A DNA stretch of 48,988 bases from an uncultured Flavobacteriales bacterium (GTDB lineage Bacteria; Bacteroidota; Bacteroidia; Flavobacteriales; UBA7312). Positions 40,050 through 48,656 of this stretch are shown here, piece after piece. The stretch is taken from contig CAJWHN010000004.1 in assembly GCA_913041085.1 (NCBI GenBank), forward strand, positions 1 to 48,988. Reading direction: 5' to 3'. Under the pieces are notes generated by a model that searched no databases, was not told the origin of the DNA, and was given only the letters and a program-made list of their open reading frames with translations. The translations under genes were made by a program, and so were the position numbers. The first letter of the stretch is position 1; each line of letters opens with the position of its first letter.

Positions 40050-40625
40050 TCAAATCTGTACTTCTGTTAAGGGGTTAAAAAGATAAATCCTATTGTTATT
40101 TAAGGACTTGCACTGAAAACGTGTTCTAATTTTCTTTTCCTTGATATATCGTTTGCCATTGGGTATTGAAAAAATACTACCATCAGGAATATCAGAGATG
40201 GTGAGCGTAGGATTTTTATCGTATTTCCTTAACGTTTTTACTAGTGTATAATCTGAGCTACTAGATGCTTTGGGATTTTTCAAGTGAATTGCCAAGCATT
40301 GCTGTATATCATTTGGAAAAATAGGGATAAACCCAAGCATAAGTGTTTTAAATTCACTTTTCCATTCTTTTCCGTGCGGAGCAACTCTAGAAGAATATTT
40401 ATCAGTAATCATCATATGTGCTATTTCGTGGGTTAGCGTAATTAAAAATGAGTAAGGATTTAAGTCCTCATTTATAGTGATATAATGTTTGTTTTGAAAA
40501 TACCGATAATCTCCCAATTTACTTGATCTCGATTTTTTTACAGTTAATGTGCAATCATAATTTGTTAGCCATTTAGAAATGGTTTGTACCGATTGGGCAG
40601 GTAAAAAGTGATTTAAAGACTCCAT
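40050..40625 (-). CDS. SprT-like domain zinc metalloprotease
   Basis: R.SKLGDY, FLITLTHEIAH (HExxH) and PHGKEWK. ATG 40625 overlaps the feoB stop (TAATG). Confidence 0.88.
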   Translation of the reverse strand: MESLNHFLPAQSVQTISKWLTNYDCTLTVKKSRSSKLGDYRYFQNKHYITINEDLNPYSFLITLTHEIAHMMITDKYSSRVAPHGKEWKSEFKTLMLGFIPIFPNDIQQCLAIHLKNPKASSSSDYTLVKTLRKYDKNPTLTISDIPDGSIFSIPNGKRYIKEKKIRTRFQCKSLNNNRIYLFNPLTEVQI

Positions 40626-42733
40626 TAGCTTAATAATTGATAGGCAATGAAACTTGCTAAATAAGCTAATGCACTCATGTATACAAATTGAATGACAGGC
40701 CATTTCCAGCCATTGGTTTCTCTGAAAACAATAGCCAATGTGCTCATGCATTGCATAGCAAAGGCATAAAATAACATTAATGATAGTGCAACTGCAGGTG
40801 TAAAAAATGCTTCTCCCGTGTCTGGGTTTTTATGCGACATTAACTTTTCACGAATGGACTTGGTGTTGTCGGCATCTCCTACACTGTATATGGTGGACAT
40901 GGTACCGACAAAAACTTCACGAGCAGCAAATGAGGTAATCAAAGAAATTCCAATTCTCCAATCGAATCCTAATGGGGCAATGACGGGCTCTATACTTTTA
41001 CCAATTATTCCAGCGTATGAAGATTCTAGTTTTTCACTAGCAATTATCACTTCTGCATTTTCTGTATTTTGGTGCTTACGTTCTATTTCATCAAATTTAG
41101 AAGCAGGGCCGTAGGAGGATAGTGCCCATAAAACGATGGATATAGCGATGATAATTTTTCCAGCATCAATAAGAAAGACTTTCACTTTTTCTATGATGGT
41201 GTAAAAAACAGTCCTCCAATCTGGAGTTTTATATGTAGGCATTTCCATTACAAAATAGCTACGTTCTTTAGACTTGATGATGTATTTCATCAACCAAGCT
41301 ATCAATATTGCTGAGATAAAACCTATTAGATAGAATCCCATCATTGTTAAACCTTGTAGATTGAAGATAAACCACTTTTGTTCTGCAGGAATCATCATTG
41401 AAATCAGTAGCGTATACACAGGAAGTCGTGCTGCACAACTCATTAAAGGAACAACCATAATTGTAATGATTCGCTCTTTCCAGTTAGGGATAGTTCTGGC
41501 TGACATTACTGCTGGAATAGCACAAGCAGCACCACTCAATAAAGGTATAATAGAACGTCCGCTCAGGCCAAAGCCTCTTAATAGTTTGTCTGTAATGAAA
41601 CTCACTCTGGACATATAGCCAGTATCTTCTAATATGGCAATAAAGGCAAATAGAAATGCTATTTGAGGGACAAATATGACAATACCACCTAAACCTGCAA
41701 TGATACCATCCACAATCAAACTATTTAACGCTCCTTCGGGTAATGAATTAGTAACAAATTGAGACAGTTGAGAAATGGAATTATCAATAATTTCCATAGG
41801 ATATTCTGACCATGAAAAGACTGCTTGAAAGATTAAAAATAATACACCTAAAAAAATGGCAAATCCATAAATGGGATGTGTCAAAATATTATCTAATTTT
41901 TGAGTGAGGCTGTTGTTTTTACTGTTTTCTGGATATTCAATACATTCCTCGAGTAGTTGGTCTATAGCTTTATATCTTCTTACTGTTTCGGTAGCTTGTA
42001 AGCGTTTGGCTATAAATTTATGTTTACTTATTATGTTGTCTAATTTACCTTTGTCTTGTTTGGAAAAATCGGTAATAGTTTTGTAGTTACAAGCAATTTG
42101 AAAGGCATTGTAGTCACTTGCTTTGTTGAGTAGCTTTTGTATGTCTTCTATTAAATTAGGACAAAGATTCTTGATGTCTACAAAACTATTTTTATTTTCT
42201 CTCTCTTTAACATTAAGAATAGCTTGCTTTAAATTTCCAATGCCTATTTTTTTTCTGGCATTTATTGGTACTACAGCTACGCCAAGTTTTTCTTCCAATA
42301 ATTTCAGATAAATTTTAACACCATCATTCTCTATAAGATCCATCATATTCAAAGCCAAAATACAAGGGGTGTTCAAATCGATAACTTGCGTAGCTAAACA
42401 CAGTGAGCGTTTTAAATTGGAGGCGTCAACAATAATTATATTTACATCAGGATGATGTTCATTCTTGGGGTCGCACAAAACTTGAAAGCTAATACTTTCG
42501 TCCATAGATTTGGGATACAAGCTATAAGTGCCTGGTAAATCGATAAACTCTGTGTCAATTTTATTTTTACTAGCAAGTTGAGAAATTTGACAGGCACCAA
42601 CTTTTTTGTCGACAGTAATTCCAGGAAAATTACCAACCTTTTGATTTAGACCCGTGAGAGCATTAAATAATGTGGTTTTTCCGCTATTTGGATTACCGAT
42701 TAAGGCTACGGTGATTTTATTTGATTTTGCCAA
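40625..42733 (-). CDS. feoB: ferrous iron transporter FeoB
   Basis: GNPNSGKT, GNFPGITV, DLPG.YSL, NMMD, gate motifs LEDTGYMSR, CAIPA, MSCAARLP, FAARE and AMQC; TTG start. Confidence 0.97.
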   Translation of the reverse strand: MAKSNKITVALIGNPNSGKTTLFNALTGLNQKVGNFPGITVDKKVGACQISQLASKNKIDTEFIDLPGTYSLYPKSMDESISFQVLCDPKNEHHPDVNIIIVDASNLKRSLCLATQVIDLNTPCILALNMMDLIENDGVKIYLKLLEEKLGVAVVPINARKKIGIGNLKQAILNVKERENKNSFVDIKNLCPNLIEDIQKLLNKASDYNAFQIACNYKTITDFSKQDKGKLDNIISKHKFIAKRLQATETVRRYKAIDQLLEECIEYPENSKNNSLTQKLDNILTHPIYGFAIFLGVLFLIFQAVFSWSEYPMEIIDNSISQLSQFVTNSLPEGALNSLIVDGIIAGLGGIVIFVPQIAFLFAFIAILEDTGYMSRVSFITDKLLRGFGLSGRSIIPLLSGAACAIPAVMSARTIPNWKERIITIMVVPLMSCAARLPVYTLLISMMIPAEQKWFIFNLQGLTMMGFYLIGFISAILIAWLMKYIIKSKERSYFVMEMPTYKTPDWRTVFYTIIEKVKVFLIDAGKIIIAISIVLWALSSYGPASKFDEIERKHQNTENAEVIIASEKLESSYAGIIGKSIEPVIAPLGFDWRIGISLITSFAAREVFVGTMSTIYSVGDADNTKSIREKLMSHKNPDTGEAFFTPAVALSLMLFYAFAMQCMSTLAIVFRETNGWKWPVIQFVYMSALAYLASFIAYQLLS

Positions 42734-42736
42734 CGA

Positions 42737-42964
42737 TTATTTTATTTCATTAACAAAAATGGTTTCTGCTTCCGCTTTTCTCATGCTTAATAAATAGCCA
42801 GAAATAGAAATTGCTATTGGGTCTCCCAAAGGGGCTTTGCGTTCAATATGAATTTTTTCTCCAGGCAAACATCCCATTTCCATCAGCTTTAAAGCGAGTT
42901 CTTTATCAGAAAAAGAATCAATGATAGCTTTAGTGCCTAATTTTAAGTCACTTAAATTTTTCAT
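42737..42964 (-). CDS. feoA: ferrous iron transport protein FeoA
   Basis: KLMEMGCLPG, APLGDPIA and LSMRK.EA. Confidence 0.95.
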   Translation of the reverse strand: MKNLSDLKLGTKAIIDSFSDKELALKLMEMGCLPGEKIHIERKAPLGDPIAISISGYLLSMRKAEAETIFVNEIK

Positions 42965-42979
42965 GGCACTAAATTACTT

Positions 42980-42998
42980 ATTTAGAATTAATCTAAAA
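42980..42998. promoter_or_regulatory. putative Fur-type iron box upstream of feoA
   Basis: ATTTAGAATTAATCTAAAA contains the inverted repeat TTTAGA-n5-TCTAAA, 15 nt upstream of the feoA ATG and next to a TAATTTAG -7-like element (42969-42976, minus strand). Resembles the palindrome I recall upstream of Flavobacteriales iron genes. Confidence 0.7.
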
Positions 42999-43003
42999 AG
43001 TAT

Positions 43004-43156
43004 TTACCCATGTTTTTCGACTGTTAATTCTACTTTTGAAAAAGATGGACAATCACAATCTTCCTTCAAAATACTACAAGACGTCAGACAAAAAACAATT
43101 AAAGCAAAAAAGATATGCCATAATATATTTTTAGAAAAAATGGTTTTCATAAACAT
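43004..43156 (-). CDS. small Cys-rich lipoprotein, 50 aa
   Basis: MFMKTIFSKNILWHIFFALIVFCLTSC-SILKEDCDCPSFSKVELTVEKHG*: signal peptide, lipobox LTSC and a CDCP motif. Exact TATTTTTG 5 nt upstream (43162-43169, minus strand). Confidence 0.7.
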   Translation of the reverse strand: MFMKTIFSKNILWHIFFALIVFCLTSCSILKEDCDCPSFSKVELTVEKHG

Positions 43157-43219
43157 ATTATCAAAAATACTAATATGCTTTTAAGATAGCCACATAAATA
43201 TTGTTATTTTTGGTGGACT

Positions 43220-43963
43220 ATGATTAATGGCTTAAAACTTTTTGGCTTGTACCTCAGTATGTTGGGAAATGTGTTTAGCCGTCCAGAGAATAGAAAGGTT
43301 TATCTAAAGCGGATTGTTGATGAAATGATAAAGCTTGGGGTAAATTCTTTAACTATTGTTTCCATCATATCTTTATTTATGGGTGCCGTGGTGACTATAC
43401 AAACTGGTTTGCAGTTAAATAATCCTTTTATTCCTAAATACTTGATTGGATATGCCACACGTGAGTCACTAATATTAGAATTTTCACCTACTATGATTGC
43501 CCTAATTCTTGCAGGTAAAGTAGGCTCTAGTATTGCCTCTGAAATTGGAACAATGAGAGTTTCTGAACAAATAGATGCTTTAGAAATTATGGGTATTAAT
43601 TCTGCGGCCTTTATTATACAGCCAAAGATAATAGCATCGGTATTGTTTTTTCCTTTTCTTGTTATTATCAGTATGGGAATTGGCATGTTAGGTGGTTTTT
43701 TAGCAGCTACCTTAGGTGGCATAATTAGCAAGCCAGAATTTCTACAAGGACTTATTTATTGGTTTGAGCCCTTCTATATTTTTTATGCTATCGTAAAAAC
43801 CGTATTTTTTGCCTTTGCCATTTCTTCCATATCTTCTTTTTTCGGTTATTACACGAGAGGTGGTGCTTTAGCAGTTGGAAAGTCTAGTACTAAATCAGTA
43901 GTTTATAGCTGTATAGTTATTCTTATTATGAACTTCATTCTTACGCAATTAATGTTGGTATGA
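43220..43963 (+). CDS. mlaE: MlaE-family ABC transporter permease
   Basis: LGVNSL.IV, EFSP...ALILAGKVGS.IASEIGTMRVSEQIDALE.MG. Confidence 0.92.
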   Translation: MINGLKLFGLYLSMLGNVFSRPENRKVYLKRIVDEMIKLGVNSLTIVSIISLFMGAVVTIQTGLQLNNPFIPKYLIGYATRESLILEFSPTMIALILAGKVGSSIASEIGTMRVSEQIDALEIMGINSAAFIIQPKIIASVLFFPFLVIISMGIGMLGGFLAATLGGIISKPEFLQGLIYWFEPFYIFYAIVKTVFFAFAISSISSFFGYYTRGGALAVGKSSTKSVVYSCIVILIMNFILTQLMLV

Positions 43964-44706
43964 TAGAAGTTAAAAATATTCATAAAACCTTTGGAGATAA
44001 TCATGTTTTAAAAGACGTGTCTTTTAGCTTTCAGTCTGGCAAAACTAACCTTGTAATAGGCGCCAGTGGTTCTGGTAAAACAACCCTCATCAAATGTATG
44101 GTGGGTTTGCATAGCCCTGATTCTGGAAGTGTTTTGTTTAATGAATCCTCATTTGATGAGCTAGTTGAGAAAGAAAGACGAAAACTTAGAAAAGAAATTG
44201 GAATGTTGTTTCAGGGCGGTGCTTTATTTGATTATTTAACTGTGGAAGAAAATATTGCTTTTCCTCTCAATATGTTCACTACAATGAGTGATGAGGAAAA
44301 AAAAGATAGAGTAAATTTTTGTTTGAAAAGAGTCAATTTAAATAATGTCAATGCCTTGTATCCTGCCGAATTAAGTGGTGGTATGATGAAAAGAGTAGCC
44401 ATTGCCAGAGCAATATCGATGAAGCCAAAATATCTATTTTGTGATGAGCCAAACTCAGGTTTAGATCCACAAACAGCCATTATTATTGATAACCTTATTC
44501 AAGAAATTACTCAAGAGTATAACATAACAACTGTAGTTAACACTCATGATATGAACTCAGTTATGGAGATAGGGGATAACATTGCTTTTATACATCAAGG
44601 GCAATTGGCATGGGAAGGAGATAAGGATTCAATAGTAAGTTCCACAACTAAGGAGTTAAATGATTTTGTATTTGCTTCCAAACTATTCAAAAAGTTGAAA
44701 AAATAG
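43960..44706 (+). CDS. mlaF: MlaF/Mkl-family ABC transporter ATP-binding protein
   Basis: GASGSGKT, LFQGGALFD, PAELSGGM.KRVAIARA and DEPNSGLDP. Confidence 0.92.
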   Translation: MIEVKNIHKTFGDNHVLKDVSFSFQSGKTNLVIGASGSGKTTLIKCMVGLHSPDSGSVLFNESSFDELVEKERRKLRKEIGMLFQGGALFDYLTVEENIAFPLNMFTTMSDEEKKDRVNFCLKRVNLNNVNALYPAELSGGMMKRVAIARAISMKPKYLFCDEPNSGLDPQTAIIIDNLIQEITQEYNITTVVNTHDMNSVMEIGDNIAFIHQGQLAWEGDKDSIVSSTTKELNDFVFASKLFKKLKK

Positions 44707-44710
44707 ACAC

Positions 44711-44743
44711 AAAAAAAGGCTAGTTTAAACTAGCCTTCTTTTT
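44711..44743. terminator. bidirectional intrinsic terminator between mlaF and the T9SS gene
   Basis: Palindrome AAGGCTAGTTT/AAACTAGCCTT flanked by an A-run and a T-run, between convergent genes. Confidence 0.85.
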
Positions 44744-44758
44744 GTCAATTATTAATTA

Positions 44759-46636
44759 TCACTTAATTATAATCTTTTGTGTTTGTGCAGTTTTTCCTTT
44801 AAGATTCAAACTTACTGTGTAAATGCCTTTTTCTAATTGGCTAAGGTCAAGCCATTTGTTTAGTGAATTGATTACAGATACTTTTTCTGAATATACAACT
44901 TGACCTACTAAATTTGAAATATTAATATTTATGTCTTCTGATTGAGAAGTTTGAATTTGTATATTAAAGTGCCCGTTGTTTGGATTAGGAAAAACATTAA
45001 ATTTAGATAAAGAATTGTTTTCTTCAATACCTACATTTACTCCAACAACATTAGGATCAAAATTTAATCTTACACATGGAGCTGATGTCGTATATAGCCA
45101 AGTACCAGGATTTACTCCGTCTTGTGTGCCATCAATATCTTGTACTAAACTTTCACTGTTGTTAGGATTGGAACCAGATGTATTAACAAATACTGTGTCA
45201 ATACCATTGTAAGTAGCATAAATAGCAGGTAAAACCACTTGTCCAGCATCTAGTATAATTGGAGGGTCAAATGAAACATCAAACCAATCTCCAGTATATT
45301 GACCTAAATTTAGGGTTTCTGTCTCTACTAAAAAGCTAATTTCTCCAGATTGAGGATCTACGGTATTTATTCTTATTGTTCCTTGAGCATTTGGAGAGGT
45401 TCTCTGATCCAAACGAAATTTTATGCTATACAAGTTACTTGTTGCATAAATATCAAATACATTTCCATATTGCCTTGAGCCATCAGAGTTGATACCATAT
45501 CTTCCAAAATTGGTAGCGTTATCTCCATTGTCTCGAGCATATATATAATCAGATACAGCAAATGTTCGTCTAAGCGTATCTGTTAAAACATAACCGTAAT
45601 CGTCTTTACCAACAATGTCAGCAGTATATGTTCCTGTTTCTGTTGGCGTAAAACCATCATTGACGTAAATACTATCCTTATCACTAGAAACTAGAGATAA
45701 ACCATTACTTTGTGATACAAATCCATCAGAAGACACTTCGGCATGTATTCTCAAACTGTCCAAAGTGTTATATCCTACATTTTCAACATAACCACCATAA
45801 AAGTATTCTGTTTCTGAAATTTGTTCCAATGGCATTACACGATAAGATGTACCGCCAAAATAATCGCTAGGTACATTATTAAAACTATTTAAAAGATTTG
45901 AAGAATAAGGTTGAGTCTTGATAATTTTCACATCATCAACCATCCAAAAATAGTGAGAAGCTGTATTTTCTCCAACAGCCCAGTCAAAACGAATTTGAAC
46001 ACTATCCTTTAATGCCGCTATTTCTGTGATAATAACTTCATAAGTTATGGTTCCTGATAGTACGTTAACAGTGCCTAGTTCATTGACTTGATAACTAGCT
46101 GCTGATTCCCATCCAGAACCATCATTGATGGATACCACTAATTCGTGTGAACTAAAACAACACCATCTGTAAGCATGTTCAAAGCTTAGAGTAACGTTTG
46201 AATCGTTTGATAAATCAATGTAAGGAGAGGTTAGTTGACCTTGTCTTTCAGAGTAGGCTGAGGTAGGCAATCCTGCATTTGATCCATCTGCATCAAAAAT
46301 CATCCAACCGTTAGCTGCAGATTCTGACTCCAATAAATAAGGTGTATTTCCTGCATAGTCCCCATTAGAACCATCAAAATCAAGCTCCCAGACATCACCG
46401 TCATCGCCGCTTACTGACCATGCTGGATTAAGTGAGGAATTGTTTCCGTCTAGACCTTCTCTAAAATCTTCGTACCAAATGACATCAGCACTGTCTTCGT
46501 CAGCAACAGCTTGTAACGATCGTAACTGATATATAGTTGGAGCTTTTTCAGGAAAGCTCATTAATGACTTAATACTTTCTTGTGCATAAGAAAAGAAACT
46601 AAAAGCCATTCCAAAAATTAATAAAGCGTGTTTCAT
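44759..46636 (-). CDS. T9SS type A sorting domain-containing protein (paralog 2)
   Basis: Sec signal peptide (..FSYAQ), an acidic jelly-roll-like N-domain (EDF, LTSPYIDLS, WMVDDV.I) and a C-terminal domain FNVFPNPNNG...GIY.V...KIIIK. Confidence 0.9.
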   Translation of the reverse strand: MKHALLIFGMAFSFFSYAQESIKSLMSFPEKAPTIYQLRSLQAVADEDSADVIWYEDFREGLDGNNSSLNPAWSVSGDDGDVWELDFDGSNGDYAGNTPYLLESESAANGWMIFDADGSNAGLPTSAYSERQGQLTSPYIDLSNDSNVTLSFEHAYRWCCFSSHELVVSINDGSGWESAASYQVNELGTVNVLSGTITYEVIITEIAALKDSVQIRFDWAVGENTASHYFWMVDDVKIIKTQPYSSNLLNSFNNVPSDYFGGTSYRVMPLEQISETEYFYGGYVENVGYNTLDSLRIHAEVSSDGFVSQSNGLSLVSSDKDSIYVNDGFTPTETGTYTADIVGKDDYGYVLTDTLRRTFAVSDYIYARDNGDNATNFGRYGINSDGSRQYGNVFDIYATSNLYSIKFRLDQRTSPNAQGTIRINTVDPQSGEISFLVETETLNLGQYTGDWFDVSFDPPIILDAGQVVLPAIYATYNGIDTVFVNTSGSNPNNSESLVQDIDGTQDGVNPGTWLYTTSAPCVRLNFDPNVVGVNVGIEENNSLSKFNVFPNPNNGHFNIQIQTSQSEDININISNLVGQVVYSEKVSVINSLNKWLDLSQLEKGIYTVSLNLKGKTAQTQKIIIK

Positions 46637-46652
46637 AATATTGAGTTTTAAT

Positions 46653-46682
46653 AAAAAAAGCAGACGCTAGCCTGCTTTTTTT
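46653..46682 (-). terminator. intrinsic terminator between the two T9SS paralogs
   Basis: AAAAAAAGCAG-acgctagc-CTGCTTTTTTT, with T-tracts on both strands. Confidence 0.75.
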
Positions 46683-46703
46683 CTTGTTAAGATTAATATA
46701 TAA

Positions 46704-48566
46704 TTATTGAAAAATTATCTTTTTAGTAGAACTTGTTCCGTTTTCGTTAATTAGAGAAACAGTATAAATTCCTTTGTTAATATCAGACAAGTTGATAGTA
46801 GTAGTCGATGAATTACCAGCAATTTGCGAATAAACAGTTTGTCCAATAATATTTTTAATTTCTATTGTTTGCTTATAAGATGTATTAGTCAATGAAATAT
46901 TCAATATTCCGTTGTTTGGGTTTGGATAAACATTAAATGCAGAATATGAATTATCTTCAATACTAGTTGGTCCAGGAACATCTGGATTCATGTTCATTCT
47001 TACCATTGGAGTAGAGCCTGTAGTTCCATCTGTAGCTGTAGTTCCATTATCATCAACCCAACCGTTGTAAACAATATAACCATAACTACTTTGCACACTA
47101 CCACTTGAACCAATTCTTAGAGTATCATTCAAAGCAGAACCATCTCCACCAACAGTAATTAAATACTGGCTTTCAGCATCTAAAGATACAGGGTTAGCAA
47201 ACTTTACGCTTTGCCAACCGTCACTAGCTGTTACTGACAATAGGTTAGTTTCTTCTAAAAAGAAACTTTGGTCATCTTGGTAAAGATAAATTTTACCTTG
47301 AATTTTAGCATTTGCTGTAGTCCTATTGTGAACATAAACATCGATAGCATATAGCGTATTGCTCTCGTATATATCATAGATAGTTCCTCTTTCCCATGAG
47401 CTTACACCGTCACCAGAAGGAAGAAGAGAATTTACAGCGTCAATTTCGTTATCGTCTCTAGCATATATGTAGTCTGTAATTTCAATAGATTTAGATTTTG
47501 TAGCTGTCGTTACACTATCAGACATAAGATAAAAATCTAATTGGTAAGTACCAGTAGATGTTGGTTGGAATCTTTCGCTGCATTGTAATGTGTCTTGCTC
47601 AAGAGATTCTAAGTTAACAGCAGTACTTTGTGAAGTGAAGCCGGTAGCTGATGCGTGCAGACGAATAGAGTCTTGTGCAAAATTCCCATTATTAAATACA
47701 TAAGATTGGAAAATAATACCAGTAGAGTTAGGTATCATACTTAATGGAATTTGAGAATATGATGAAGCAAAACCGTCATAACCTGCTAACCATTGGTTGA
47801 AAAGTGGCATTGATAAAGAATTGTCCTGTAATTCGTTAATTTCAATATCATCGACAGCAAATCCTGTTGCCCAACTACCTGCATCACTCCATACGAATCG
47901 AATAACGATTGAGTCTTGGTCATTATAATCAGATAAGCTAAAGATTCCTTGTTGCCAAGCTTCTAAATTAGGTAGAGGTCCAGAAATGTCAGTAAAACTT
48001 ACTCCTCCGTCATTACTGACTTCAACATTAGCATCACCACCTCCGTAGTTTTTATCGTGGTAGTAGTCAAATATTAAAAATACATCATATTGACCGGTAA
48101 AATCAAGTATTGGTAAAGTAAGAGTTTCAAAGCCCAAGTCACAGTTATTATTGTTTCCGGGAGTAACTCCTCCGGGTCTACAAGCATCATCATTAGTCAT
48201 AGCAAATTGACCATGCTCACTTACAGGCCAATAACCGCCTGCATTTGCATCGGCTGAAGTACCAGTATAAAAACCTGTAACTAAAACTTGATCTGAATTT
48301 GAAATTGTATAATAATTTTGCTCTAAAGTACTTGTTGACACACTATCTGGTAAATCTGGAATTGAAACATTTTCAAAATCCTCGCAATAAAGAGCATCAG
48401 AAGTTGAACAATCAACAGAAGATCTTAGAGTAATCTCATTTTTGTTTAGGTACTTTGTGTGCTGGTCAAATCTTGACGCATCTATAAAATTTTGATTGTT
48501 CATAATCTGAGCAAAGGAAGTATTTGCGATGATTAATAAACAGATGATAGAATAAAAATTTTTCAT
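46704..48566 (-). CDS. T9SS type A sorting domain-containing protein (paralog 1)
   Basis: Signal peptide (..TSFAQ), EDF, LTLPILDFT, FAVDDIEI and a C-terminal domain FNVYPNPNNG...GIYTV...KKIIFQ. Confidence 0.9.
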   Translation of the reverse strand: MKNFYSIICLLIIANTSFAQIMNNQNFIDASRFDQHTKYLNKNEITLRSSVDCSTSDALYCEDFENVSIPDLPDSVSTSTLEQNYYTISNSDQVLVTGFYTGTSADANAGGYWPVSEHGQFAMTNDDACRPGGVTPGNNNNCDLGFETLTLPILDFTGQYDVFLIFDYYHDKNYGGGDANVEVSNDGGVSFTDISGPLPNLEAWQQGIFSLSDYNDQDSIVIRFVWSDAGSWATGFAVDDIEINELQDNSLSMPLFNQWLAGYDGFASSYSQIPLSMIPNSTGIIFQSYVFNNGNFAQDSIRLHASATGFTSQSTAVNLESLEQDTLQCSERFQPTSTGTYQLDFYLMSDSVTTATKSKSIEITDYIYARDDNEIDAVNSLLPSGDGVSSWERGTIYDIYESNTLYAIDVYVHNRTTANAKIQGKIYLYQDDQSFFLEETNLLSVTASDGWQSVKFANPVSLDAESQYLITVGGDGSALNDTLRIGSSGSVQSSYGYIVYNGWVDDNGTTATDGTTGSTPMVRMNMNPDVPGPTSIEDNSYSAFNVYPNPNNGILNISLTNTSYKQTIEIKNIIGQTVYSQIAGNSSTTTINLSDINKGIYTVSLINENGTSSTKKIIFQ

Positions 48567-48656
48567 ATTATTTGTTAAATTATCAGTTAATTGTGGACGA
48601 ATTTACGGCCTTTTTTCAAAAAATCCTAGACCATCTAACAAGTATTTTATGTAATC

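Noticed and set aside
2933-40751. N-terminal extensions and large overlaps implied by the ORF track (glycosyltransferase/trmB, korB, mraZ, murD, MFS/recX, sprT)
   Set aside because: These arise from choosing the longest ORF; downstream starts match family N-termini, stop-start coupling or promoter positions.
42921-43184. 87-aa plus-strand ORF between feoA and mlaE
   Set aside because: It overlaps feoA and the iron box; the minus-strand lipoprotein has a lipobox, a promoter element and a clean fit.
3039-45212. Many 60-150 aa ORFs antisense to, or out of frame within, core genes (e.g. 5476-5799, 6187-6597, 18905-19363, 26114-26449, 33602-33919, 43300-43731)
   Set aside because: They lie within well-supported genes, have no recognisable motifs, and are typical shadow ORFs.
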